Below are positions 1 to 11,846 of a DNA stretch of 64,000 nt, piece by piece. The position numbers and the translations under genes were made by a program. Origin of the DNA: Marsupella aquatica (taxonomy: Eukaryota; Plantae; Marchantiophyta); contig OZ316891.1 of assembly GCA_973895155.1 (NCBI GenBank), forward strand, positions 25,233,899-25,297,898, in the 5' to 3' direction. The notes beneath the pieces were generated by a model. The model was given only the letters and a program-made list of their open reading frames with translations. It did no database searches and was not told where the DNA came from. How positions within the stretch are numbered: position 1 is the stretch's first letter; every line of letters begins with the position of its first letter.

Positions 1-65
1 GAGGAAGTAAAGGATGTATACCAATTGGATGAAACGGCTAAGTGGGGAGCAGTAGCAGGGACAGT

Positions 66-125
66 GGATTTTCTGCAGGCGTTGTGGCAGAGCCGACGGG
101 GTCCACAACGCCATCGATCATCGGC
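66..125 (+). promoter_or_regulatory. Putative -1 programmed ribosomal frameshift signal (G GAT TTT plus stem-loop/pseudoknot)
   Basis: Heptamer 66-72 in the gag frame, 5-nt spacer, perfect 10-bp stem GGCGTTGTGG (78-87) / CCACAACGCC (103-112); loop GCCGA (92-96) can pair with TCGGC (121-125); pol is in the -1 frame. Confidence 0.75.
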
Positions 126-3100
126 AAGGAATTAAATACCAAGGGATCGGCATACAAGCCGATTACGAGGGCAGAACAAATTGAGGCCCTATTAGAAGCC
201 GAGAGAGCACAGCGGCCTAACTCTCAGGAGCAAGAGGTGGATGAGATGGACAGACACGATCTAGAGCCAAGGCAGGAAGGGGAGCCGACCACTAATTCAA
301 AACCGAATAGACCGGTAGGGGGACAATCTATGGACACCAAGGAAGGGACCAACTCGGCTAGTCCAGCCGAGATCCCAGTTTATGGAGGTATGAGATTAGA
401 GAGACTGGAAGCCGAACTGGACCCGAATTTGAAGAAGCAGATTAATATGATCCAAGCACGGCAATATCGGAAGCTCGACTTAGGAGAGGGAAGAGAACTG
501 AACTTAGGGAGAAACCTAGCACCTGAGCTCGAGAAAGAGATCAGTGACTTATTGATTGAATTTTAGGATGTGTTTGCATGGAGTCACCAAGATCTAAAGG
601 GAGTAGATCCAACACTAGGGGAACATCGAATTGATCTCATGTTAGGAGCCAAATCATTTCGACAACCAATTCGAAGGATGAACCCGAAGTATTCCCTGCT
701 GGTCAAAACAGAAATCGACAAACTAGTGGAAGCTGGATTCATCACTCCAGTCCTGCATTCAGACTGGGTGTCTCCAATTGTGATAGTTCCCAAGAAAGCT
801 GGACCCGATGGTAAACCCAAGATCCGGGTTTGTCAGGATTACAGGAAGCTGAATGAAGCAACATTAAAAGACCATTTTCCTTTACCGTTTACTGATATGG
901 TACTAGACATGGTAGCCAGTCATGAACTATATTCATTCATGGATGGATACTCTGGTTATAACCAAATCAGGATTCGGCAGGAAGACCAAATCAAGACGGC
1001 CTTCATCACGGAATGGGGGATCTATGTCTTCAATCGTATGCCGTTTGGACTCTGCAACGCACCAGCTATGTTCCAACGATTAATGGTGAACATTTTTCAT
1101 GATTACTTGAGAAAGTTCATGGAAATCTTCATTGATGACTTTGCAGTATTCGGGAAGGCATCGAAACATGCTAAATACCTCAGGAAAACCTTCATGAGAT
1201 GTAGAGAGGTGGGTCTCAAGTTACACCCAGATAAATGTTTTTTTGCAGTAACCGAGGGGGTGCTACTAGGTCACAAGGTATCAAGGAAGGGCATTGAGAT
1301 TGACAAAGGTAAGCTAGCAGTATGGCTAGATATCATGCAACCTAAGAACATAAAGGATGTAAGATCCTTCTTGGGATGCATTGGTTACTATCGCCGGTTC
1401 ATCAAGGATTTTGCCAAGCTGGCTTTACCATTAACCAATATGCTCAAGGCAGGAGCAGACTTCGAACCCACACCCGAACGAGTCACAGCGGTGGTAGAAT
1501 TGAAGCAGATGTTAGTAGAGGCCCCAGTCATGATAGCACCGGACTGGAACAAAGATTTTCATGTTTTTGTAGATGTCTCAGGCTTCTGTATTGGCTCAGT
1601 ACTAAGTCAGTTGGATGAGAAAGGAAGGGACCATCCCATATACTTCGCAAGCCGTCAGCTTGCCGATGCCGAACGGAACTACTCTACCACGGAAAGAGAA
1701 GCATTAGGAGTCATTTATTCTTGTAAAAAGTTTAGGCATTATTTACTAGGGTACAAGGTAATCTTTCATACTGATCATGAAAGTTTGAAGTACCTAGTCA
1801 ATAAGCCGGACCTTACAGGCAGAGTAGCAAGATGGATTTTGCTATTACAGGAGTTTGACTATGAGCTGAGGATCAAGCCGGGAAAGTTACATGCCAATGC
1901 CGACTTCTTTTCAAGGATCACAGGTAAACCTGCCACGGATTGCATCGATGATCGATTCCCCGACGAGGAGCTATTCGTTGTGGAAATAGCTGGTACATGG
2001 TACCCGGAGATTTTACAATTTCTCAGCACTTCCAGATTACAGCCAGGATTAAGCCGAGAGCAAGCCGCAGTCTTTGTGCGGAAGGTCAGACAGTATCAGT
2101 GCATTAAAGGCATACTGCACAAGCATGGAATCAACGGCACGATTCAAAGATGTTTGGAAAAGAGAGAGGTAAAACGAGTCCTACGGGCCATGCATGGAGA
2201 GGAGGCCGGAGGACATTTTGCCCCAGTAACCACGTCTAAGAAGATATTAAATGCCGGTTACTGGTGGCCCACCTTGCACAAAGATGTCTATCAGTTTATC
2301 AAACAATGCGATCCTTGTCAACGAGCGGGAGGACCAAGGGCGTCCACCAGGCATCCACTGCACCCTATTCTACCTCTGGCACCATTCGAGAAGTGGGGTA
2401 TTGATTACATTGGACCTCTGAAACCACTGACCCACCCTCGATGGAACAAGTACATAATCCTGGCTACGGATTATGCAACTAAATGGGTAGAGGCCAGACC
2501 AACAACGAAGGATGATGCAATTACTACGGCTAGATTCATGTATGAGCAGATCTTCACCAGGTATGGAGCACCCCTAGAATTAGTTAGTGATAGAGGAACC
2601 CATTTTTTGAATGATATAATTAGTCGTTTAAATGAGCAGTATTTAGTTAAACATAGGCCTACTACTCCCTACCATCCAAAGGCAAACGGGTTGACAGAAC
2701 GAGCAAACGGAATCATAGGAAAGATATTGAACAAGACAGTAGCTCAGAACAAACTCGATTGGGATGATAAATTGTTTGCTGCTGTTTTTGCTTACAATCT
2801 TGCCTATAAATCCACTACCGGTCATACACCCTTCTTCTTAACCTTTGGACAAGAAGCCCTGGTACCCATGCAACTTGAGATACCGACATTTCAAGTTACA
2901 ATTGAGGAAAGAGCCTCAGCGGAGGAGAGCCTAAAGGAGCGAGAATATAGGTTAGAAGCTTTAGAGGAAGCGAGAATGATTTCAGCCGAGAGAGTAGAAT
3001 ATAGACAGAATATCATGAAGCAGCAGTATGATAAAAGGTTAAAAGTAGTTAGTATTCATACCGGTGATCTTGTGCTACTTTATGACAGTAGGTATAGTAG

Positions 3101-3282
3101 GTTTCCAGGAAAGCTTTACACTCGCTGGTTAGGACCCTTTAGAGTAACCATGATGTTCCCCAATGGCTCCGTACAATTGGCCAACATTACGGGAGAGGTA
3201 TATCCAGTTCGCATCCATTATGACCGCCTCAAGAAATACTATATGGATGAAGATGAAGTTGTTCGCGAGGACGCTTCACAAT

Positions 3283-3296
3283 TAAGTGGGGAGCTA
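3283..3296 (+). other. Polypurine tract of copy A
   Basis: TAAGTGGGGAGCTA directly precedes the LTR start TGTGATGCC and lies within the last codons of integrase. Confidence 0.85.
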
Positions 3297-6200
3297 TGTG
3301 ATGCCTAGACAGGAATCACTCGGCCGGTTAAGTGGGTAAAGCAGGAAGGCACCCTAGGAACACCTTAGTATAGTGACAAAACAAGGAAAATATAAACAAT
3401 TAGGGGCAACCATGGAACCCGGGCAGAGGCCGGAGGTAAGGCTGAGGGTGAAAACCTGATTAGGGTTAGGGTTAGGGCGCGTTAAGCGTCGGCGGCTAGG
3501 AAGGATCAATGGGAAGAAGGACCGGCAGAGGAGAGGGGTAAGGAGCGCTTGCAGGAGATGGTGGCTCATTTGCGAGCACGAACTAGGCAGACGACTACGG
3601 GAGGCCAACTACTGTCAGCTGCTTAGGCAAGCACTCGGGGAGAGAGTAGATACCGACGATCAACCTAAGGAGGGTATGAGCAACGTCAATCAAGCGGCAC
3701 ATTTCTGGGGATGCCTGTTCGAACGGGCAACTGAGTACATCAAGACTTACGAGGACGAGGAATCAGAAAGGGCAGCTCGAGAACGGCAAGAGCTCGCTCG
3801 ATTGTGGGAGCTGCAGAAGACGGCTTTCTTAGGAGGCGAACTCATCAAGGACGAGTTCCTGTGGACGCCTACTTCCAATCAACTCGACGATCTTCTGTTT
3901 TGCAAAGATAGCGTCGTCGGCATCCGAGAGGCCATCAAGAACTGCAACGACATACACTGGGAATTAAAGGGTAGCACGAAAAGGTGGACCCGGGCAACGG
4001 TGCTAGGAGAAACCTCCACGGCAGCAGAGATGAAGAGGAAGGGAGCCGTCAACGATGAAGCCACCCCGGCAAAAAGAACGAGGTCGGCGGCACCAAAGAA
4101 GCCAGCCGAGCAGCAGAGCAGGAGGCAGGGAGAAGCCGAAGAGGAGGAGGTCAATCCCATCAAGGCCATTCCAACCAGGGATGACACCTGGAAGGGCTGG
4201 GCGGCAACCCTACCGGTGGAGGTGCAACTACATTTTGCACGGGAGGAGGATGCATGCTTTACGGCCATGCAGACCAAGAAGTACCAAGGCTTCATGGCCG
4301 GATCCGGCTTGGAGGCCTTTGTAAGATTACCATGGCTGAAGCCGGAGGTACCGGAGTCAGACCTATTAGAATTCGTGGGGTCATGGGAACCCGAGACCAA
4401 TTGCACGAGGATATATGGGAAGGATTTCTATCTTACTCCCAAGGTAATTGCCGAAGTGTTTGGCCTGCCGATAGGCAATAAGACCAAAGTTGATACCAGG
4501 AAGACCTTGCCTGACAAGGAGTTCCGGTCGTTCCCCGGGCCATCAACGAAGAATGGCTTCTTCTGGAACACCTGCACCAACCCGCACATAGGAGAGATGA
4601 TCGACTTCTTGCGGGTGACCATGCATTGTAACTTGCCGAGGGCAGAGATCGGCAAGGCACAGGTCTATCTGGCAGAAAGGCCAGACCCAAGCCGGGACTA
4701 CAACGGGTACCTCCTCAACCAATTGAAGAAGATCTTAAAGGAGGAGGAGCAGGTAATCGGCATGGGGAGCGTGTCGCGGCTTGGCTATCACATGCCGCTG
4801 TTGTGCCGGTATGCCAGAAGTCAGACTTTTGCCCCGGTACTTCCCCTGCAGGTAAGGGCACCCGAGGAAGCTCCAACGCCGAGGCCGTTGGCTGAGAAGC
4901 CTCAACCACCTGTTAGTCCTACGATCGAGCAGGTGTTTAGGCCCAGGAAGGAAGACTTGCCGATGCAGCAACCAGGCATGCAGAGTCTGCTAAAACTACT
5001 GGAGAAAGAAAAGAAATCGGCATCGGCAACAACAACGGCAACGGCAACAATGCAGGACACTACTACAGAGGTAGGCCTACACCGGCTCACAAGAGAAAAC
5101 CCCTTTGCTGAAGACAAGGAGAGAATCAGGCCGGAATCCAAGCCAGGTGTTCGAATGTACGTGGGAACCTCAAGCTCCGAATCTGAGGCAGAATTGCCTG
5201 AAGCTCCTACCGACGAAGAGGAGAGGGAGAAGCCGGACGTCCAAGAGGTAGAGGAGGCAGTGGAGGACTACAGCCATGATAATTCCGGCTATGGGTCGGA
5301 CCATCACGTTCCAGGAGTAAGGACCTGTGGCCGGTTTGTCCCCACACTTCCAAGGGTAGTGCGAGGGGACCCCAACCAGCAGAGTAGCCCTGAGTCTCCC
5401 CCACCAGATGTTGCTCCCCCGAGCTTCGACGGCATAAAATAGACGGTGCAGGAATTTCAGGAGCGAATCAAGCAGGAGGAAGAGGCCGCCCTGGCTAAGG
5501 AAAAGGATTTACCAGGAGGAGATTGGCCGGAGGACATCAGGCGGCTAGCCGAAAAAGGAAGCAAACCTCTAGCCACGATTGAAGAGATCCGCAGGACGGC
5601 TTGGGAGCAGAGGCCACGATGGGCGATGCCGATCACTTCTACTTACTCCACCTACGCTAAGAATAGAGCCATGGAGTATGGTGAGATGTGTGGGGAACTT
5701 GCGCTCAGCATCTTTGGAGAGGAGTTGGAGGTAGGACCCTTTTTCCATAGGGAGCAGTTGGAGAAGCACCAATTAGAAGAAGCGGTGGCTTTAGAGAGAA
5801 GCAAGAAGGACGAGGTCATTCGGCGGCTTAGGAGGATGGAAGCCGAGATTGAAGATCTAAGGGCGGCCAAGAAAGCCCAAGATGAACTGCGGATTAAACG
5901 ACATGAGCCGAACATCATGCAGGGGCAGTTGGACACCGCGCAGGCTGATAATCAGAATATCAAGGATAAACTGACTCAGACGCAGGAAGAGTTGGCCGAC
6001 ACGATCAAAGAGAGGGAGAAGTGGAAGCAAGAGCTGAAGAATACAGAGGAGGCCCACATAACAGCCAACAGCCGGGCCATGGCGGAGACCCAAAGAAAGG
6101 AATGGGCGTTGAAAGGGGAGCTCGAGAAAATCCGCGGAGCCCTTGAGCAGAAGGAGGTCGAGTTAGGGAAATCCTATCAAGGGATTATGGCGCTGCAGCA

Positions 6201-7950
6201 GGAGCTTGCGTCCCTGACGGCCAGCTTCAAGGCCGACCTAAGGGAGAAGGACGAGATGCTCGAACAGACTTACGCCAAGATGAACCAGATGGAGTCTGTC
6301 ATCATTGCAGAGCTCGACAAGGAGCTAAGAGCAACCCAGGAGGAGAGGGCTACCTTGAAGAAGGAATTGGAGGAAGCCCACAGGGAGCAGGAGGAGGCCA
6401 AAAACGAGCTGGAGGGGGCACGTAAGGACCTGGATGAAACCCAAGAGGAGTTGGAGGAAATCACGAGGAAGATGGAGAACCTACAGCGGCGGGCCGACAA
6501 CCAAACAGAGCGGCTAAAGAAACAAGCCGCAGTATTTAAATGCTTAGCTGCAGCAGGTCCATCTCCCGTAGGGACAAACCAGTTACCAGGGGTGGTAATT
6601 GCCGAAGGACAAGCCGCGTCAACTGCACCCGTGCCGGAAGTAAGTGGGAAGGGGAAGGGACCAGCTGCCGAGCCACCAACGAAGAAGAAGCGGAAACCTT
6701 CAGGGTCAAGGAGTAATACGACTTCACAGGCCGTGGTGATCAAGGAGGTAGACCCAGCACCGACCCCAGACAGGGTCACGGCTAAGGATCCAACTACCCT
6801 AGGGGAAGGGGAGGCCAAAGCCGAGGGAGTGGCTGAAGCCGAAGCCATGGGAGTGGCTGAGGCCGAAGCCATGGGTATTGCCGAGGCCGGTGTCGAGGCT
6901 GAAGCCGAAGGTGGACCCAGTCAGGCCGATGGAGAGTTGACTCGGTCAAGGGCAGGTAATCTGTCAGTAGGCGGGCCAACGGCAGTGGCTGAGGAGGAAG
7001 TGTTGGGGGCGTCCATTGAGGATCCACCACCGGTGTCGTGACGGTGCAAGGGCGCCGTTCCTTTTAGGGAGGGCGGACGTGGAGGGAGGAGGCGTGAGTG
7101 GGCAGGGCGGGCGCGGATCTCCACGTTTAGGATTAGGATCAGAACCAGGAGCGGCCCTGACACTTAGCTTAGTGGGATTGCGGTCCCACTGGTAGGAGCA
7201 ACACTTGTGCTCCTGCCTTGCTGTACATAGGTAGATTCGGGCAAGTAGATTACTGTTAAGTAGATTAGGCTTACGATGCAAAGAATGGCGGATCCACTAC
7301 CAGGATAAGTACCTGGGCAGCGGGGAGCTCAGGGCCTCTTCTTTAGCAAGTTTTTAGTTTGCACCAGCCGGGCTGGGATCAAGTAGTACGAGAAGCTCTC
7401 GGTTAGTCATACAGTGACCCTTGTGTATATTCATGTTTCCTCATGCCTAAGAGCTGAATAGAGTTGGCCTCACGGCTTAGTTCGCAGAACTTGTGTATGA
7501 GATGTACTGTTTGTATGGCAAGTGCATGGTATGACTCAGTCAGAATGAGTCATTTTGCTATTTGTGTGTCGCATTAACTTGTGTGAAGAGTGCCCACATC
7601 AACAGAAGGAAGGAAAGTAAGCAGGGGAGTGAGAGTTGGATGTGTCGAGCTGAGAGAGGTCTTAGCGGCTTAACCAAGCCTATTGGGGATCATTCCGGCG
7701 GTGGAATCCAAACATACCTAACAAGAAGACAGGGGAAGACAGGGGAAGGCCTATATTAGGCCGGCTACGTATCTCATGACCCGATGAAGGATCTGTCCAG
7801 TATATGTGTGTAAAATGTTAATAGTAGTAGTAGAAGGTTAGCAGCGTCCCACGCTAAGCCGCGGAAACGGCCTCGCCAAACACGAAACCTGCGGGAATCG
7901 GCTTGAGCTGGGGGGTTTCTTGGGTTTAGGGAGCCATGGGACGCACCATA
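3297..7950 (+). repeat. 3' LTR of copy A (about 4.65 kb)
   Basis: Starts TGTGATGC after the PPT, ends ...GCACCATA (other copies CACCACA); same boundaries as the TSD-flanked solo LTRs. Confidence 0.93.
3676..7041 (+). pseudogene. LTR-encoded accessory protein (Athila ORF/PMD-like domain plus long coiled coil), one premature stop
   Basis: ORFs 3676-5442 and 5446-7041 in frame, separated by TAG 5440-5442 (CAG in copy C); upstream in-frame ATG 3412 is blocked by TGA 3457-3459. Confidence 0.88.
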
Positions 7951-8587
7951 GATGGCTTTGCGGATGCCGACGACTCTGTCTTTGAAAAATAGCAGGTCGT
8001 CTAGCTCGTTACCGGTAGGAGCCCACAAGAATCGGCCTTGATGAGTTCTCCTCCTAAGAAGGCAGCTTTCTGCAACTCCCACAATCGAGCGAGCTCCTGC
8101 CATTCTCAAGCTGCTCTCTCCGATTCTTCGTCCTCGTAAGTCCCAATGTACCCAGTTGCCCGTTCGAACAGGCTTCCCCAAAAATGTGCCGCTTGATTGA
8201 CGTTGGTCATACCCTTCTCGAGTTGATAGTTGGTATCTGCTCCCACCCTGAGTACCTGCCTAAGCAGTTGACAGTAGTTGGCCGCCCGTAGTGGTCTGCC
8301 CAGTTTGTGCCTGCAAATGAGCCACAACTCCTCGCAAGCGGTCCTTACCCCTCTTCTCCTCGGCGTCTCTCTTTCGGTCGTGACCCCTAGCCGCCGGCAC
8401 TTAGCGTGCCCTAACCCTAATCGTGTTCTCTCCCCTGGCGTCCTCACTTCCGGCCTTGGCTCGGGTTCCATAGTCGCCCTTAATTGTTTATATTTTCCTT
8501 ATTTTTGTAACTATACTAATGTGTTTCTAGGGTACTCTTCCCTTTTCCACTTTAAACTAGCCCAGTGATTCCTGGCTAGGCATCACA
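7951..8587 (-). repeat. First ~640 bp of the 3' LTR of copy B (cut by insertion of copy A)
   Basis: GGCATCACA terminus at 8587 next to the PPT; encodes MEPEPRPEV...AAHFWG, the N-terminus of the LTR ORF. Confidence 0.9.
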
Positions 8588-11500
8588 TAGCTCCCCACTT
8601 AATTGTGAAGCGTCCTCGCGAACAACTTCATCTTCGTCCATATAGTATTTCTTGAGGCGGTCGTAGTGAATACGAATTGGGTACACCTCTCCGATAATGT
8701 TGGCCAATTGTACAGAGCCATTGGGGAACTTCTTTGATACCCTGAAAGGTCCTAGCCAGCGAGTGTAAAGCTTCCCTGGAAACTTACTATACCTACTGTC
8801 ATAAAGTAATACAAGGTCTCCTGTGTGAATACTAACTACTTTCAACTTTTTATCATACTGTTGCTTCATGATATTCTGTCTATATTCTACTCTCTCGGCT
8901 GAAATCATTCTTGCCTCCTCTAAAGCTTCTAATCTATATTCTCGCTCTTTCAGGCTTCCCTCCTCAGAGACTCTTTCCTCAATGGTAACTTGAAATGTTG
9001 GTATCTCAAGTTGCATGGGTACCAGAGCTTCCTCTCCAAAGGTTAAGAAAAAGGGTGTATGACCAGTAGTGGATTTATAGGCTAAATTGTAAGAAAAAAT
9101 GGCAGCAAACAATTTATCATCCCAATCGAGTTTGTTCTGAGCTACTGTCTTGTTCAATATCTTTCCTATAATCCCATTGGCTCGTTCTGTCAATCCATTT
9201 GCCTTTGGGTGGTAAGGAGTGGTAGGCCTATGTCTAACTAAATACTGCTCATTTAAACGACTAATTATATCATTCAGAAAATGGGTTCCTCTATCACTAA
9301 CTAATTCTAGGGGTGCTCCATACCTGGTGAAGATCTGCTCATACATAAATCGAGCTGTAGTAATTGCATCATCCTTCGTTGTCGGCCTAGCCTCCACCCA
9401 CCTAGTTGCATAATCCGTGGCCAGGATTATGTACTTGTTTCTCCGAGGATGGGTTAATGGTTTCAGCGGTCCAATGTAATCAATACCCCACTTCTCAAAT
9501 GGTGCCAGAGGTAGAATAGGGTGCAGTGGATGTCTTGTAGACGCCCTTGGTCCTCCTGCTCGCTGACAAGGATCACATTGTTTGATGAACTGATAGACAT
9601 CCTTGTGCAAGGTGGGCCACCAGTAACCGGCATTTAATATCTTTTTAGACGTGGTTACTAGAGCAAAATGTCCTCCGGCCTCTTCTCCATGCATAGCCCG
9701 TAAGACTCATTTTACCTCTCTCTCTTCTAAACACCTTTGGATAGTGCCGCTGATTCCATACCTGTGTAGCACACCCTTAATGTACTGATACTGTCTGACC
9801 TTCCGCAGGAAGACTGTGGCTTGTTCTCGGGTTAGCCCTGGCTGTAATCTGGACGTGCTGAGAAATTGCAAAATCTCCGGGTACCATCTATCAGTTATTT
9901 CCACAACAAATAGCTCCTCGTCGGGGAATCGATCATCGATGCAATCCGTGGCTGGTTCACCTATGATCCTTGAAAAGAAGTCAGCATTGGCGTGTATCTT
10001 TCCCGGCTTGATCTTTAGCTCGTAGTCAAATTAACTCCTGTAATAGCAAAATCCATCTTGCTACCCTGCCTGTAAGGTCCGACTTATTTACTAGGTACTT
10101 CAAACTTTCATGATCAGTATGAAAGATTACCTTGTACCCCAACAAATAATGCCTAAACTTTTTACATGAATAAATGACTCCTAATGCTTCTCTTTCTGTG
10201 GTGGAGTAGTTCCGTTCTGCATCGGCAAGCTGACGGCTTGCAAAGTATATGGGATAGTCCCTCCCTTTCTCATCCAACTGACTTAGTACTGAGCCGATAC
10301 AGAAGCCTGAGACATCTACAAAGACATGAAAATCCTTGTTCTAGTCTGGTGCTATCATGACTGGGGCCTCTACTAACATTTGCTTCAATTCCACCACTGC
10401 CGTTACTCGTTCTGGTGTGGGTTCAAAGTCTGCACCTGCCTTGAGCATGTTGGTTAATGGTAAAGCTAGCTTGGCAAAATCCTTGATGAAGCGGCGATAA
10501 TAACCAATGCACCCCAAGAAGGATCTTACATCTTTTATGTTCTTAGGTTGCATGATATCCAGCCATACTGCTAGCTTACCTTTGTCAATTTCAATGCCTT
10601 TCTTTGATACCTTGTGACCTAGTAGTACCCCCTCTGTTACTCCAAAGAAACATTTATCGGGGTGTAACTTGAGACCTACTTCTTTGCATCTCATGAAGGT
10701 CTTCCTTAGATATTTAGCATGTTTCGATGCCTTCCCGAATACTGCAAAGTCATCAATGAAGATTTCCATGAACTTTCTCAAGTAATCATGAAAAATGTTC
10801 ACCATCAATCGTTGAAACATAGCTGGTGCGTTACAGAGTCCAAACGGCATACGATTGAAGACATAGATCCCCCATTCCGTGATGAAGGCTGTCTTGATTT
10901 GGTCCTCCTGCCTAATCCAAATTTGGTTATAACCAGAGTACCCATCCATGAATGAATATAGTTCATGACTGGCTACCATGTCTAGTACCATATCGGTAAA
11001 GGGTAAAGGAAAATGGTCTTTTAACGTTGCTTCATTCAGCTTCCTGTAATCCTGACAAACCCGGATCTTGGGTTTACCATCGGGTCCAGCTTTCTTGGGA
11101 ACTATCACAATTGGAGACACCCAGTCTGAATGCAGGACTGGAGTGATGAATCCGGCTTCCACTAGTTTGTCGATTTCCGTTTTGACCATCAGGGAATACT
11201 TAGGGTTCATCCTTCGAATCGATTGTCGAAATGATTTGGCTCCTAACATGAGATCAATTCGGTGTTCTCCCAGTTTTGGGTCTACTCCTTTCAGATCTTG
11301 ATGACTCCATGCGAACACATCTTGAAATTCAATTAGTAATTCACTGATCTCCTTCTCCAGCTCAGGTGCTAGGTCCCGCCCCAAGTTCAGTTCCCTTCCT
11401 TCTCCTAAGTCAAGCTTCCGGTATTGCCGTGCTTGGATCATATTAATCTGCTTCTTCAAATTCGGGTCCAACCCGGCCTCCAACCTCTCCAGTCTCATAC

Positions 11501-11846
11501 CTCCATAGACTGAAATCTTGGCAGTACTAGCCGAGTCGGTTTCTTCCTTGGTGTCCCCAGATTGTCCCCTTGCCGGTCTATCTGGTTTTGAATTGGTAGT
11601 CGGCTTTCCTTCCTGCCTCGGCTCTAGATTGTGTCTGTGCATCTCATCCGTCTCTTCCTCCTGAGGGTCAGGCCGCTGTGCTCTCCCGGCTTCTACTAGG
11701 GCCTCGATTTGTTCTGCCCTCGTAATCGGCTTGTATGCCGATCCCTTGGTTTTTAACTCCTTGCCGATGATAGATGGCGTTGTGGATCTTGCCGGCTCTG
11801 CCACAACGCCTGAGGAAAATCCACCGTCTCGGGTATAGCTCCCCAC
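8576..11846 (-). pseudogene. pol: pol of copy B
   Basis: Four ORF pieces collinear with copy C pol; stops near 10341 and 9707 and a frameshift near 10030. Confidence 0.92.

Larger units (their letters stand above)
42..3308 (+). pseudogene. pol: pol (RT, RNase H, integrase) of copy A with one premature stop
   Basis: RVCQDYRKLN, MPFGLCNAP, FIDD; RNase H FVDVS...EREAL...TDH; HHCC zinc finger, GIDYIG, SDRG, NGLTE, GPF motif. TAG at 564-566 where copy C has CAG. Confidence 0.93.
1..7950 (+). mobile_element. Ty3/gypsy LTR retrotransposon copy A (family 1, non-chromovirus), 5' part outside the window; inserted in opposite orientation into the 3' LTR of copy B
   Basis: End of gag-protease (1-135), RT-RH-IN pol (42-3308), PPT 3283-3296, 3' LTR 3297-7950; near-identical to copy C on the minus strand. 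Confidence 0.95.

Noticed and set aside
564-566. Programmed stop read-through in pol of copy A (and at 5440)
   Set aside because: Other copies have a Gln codon here, so these are private mutations
3879-7281. Many short antisense or overlapping ORFs repeated in every LTR copy
   Set aside because: Shadows of the GC-rich main ORF; their recurrence reflects copy identity, not independent selection
7562-7759. 65-aa ORF in the distal LTR
   Set aside because: Non-ATG start, no recognisable motifs, and the frame is not kept between subfamilies
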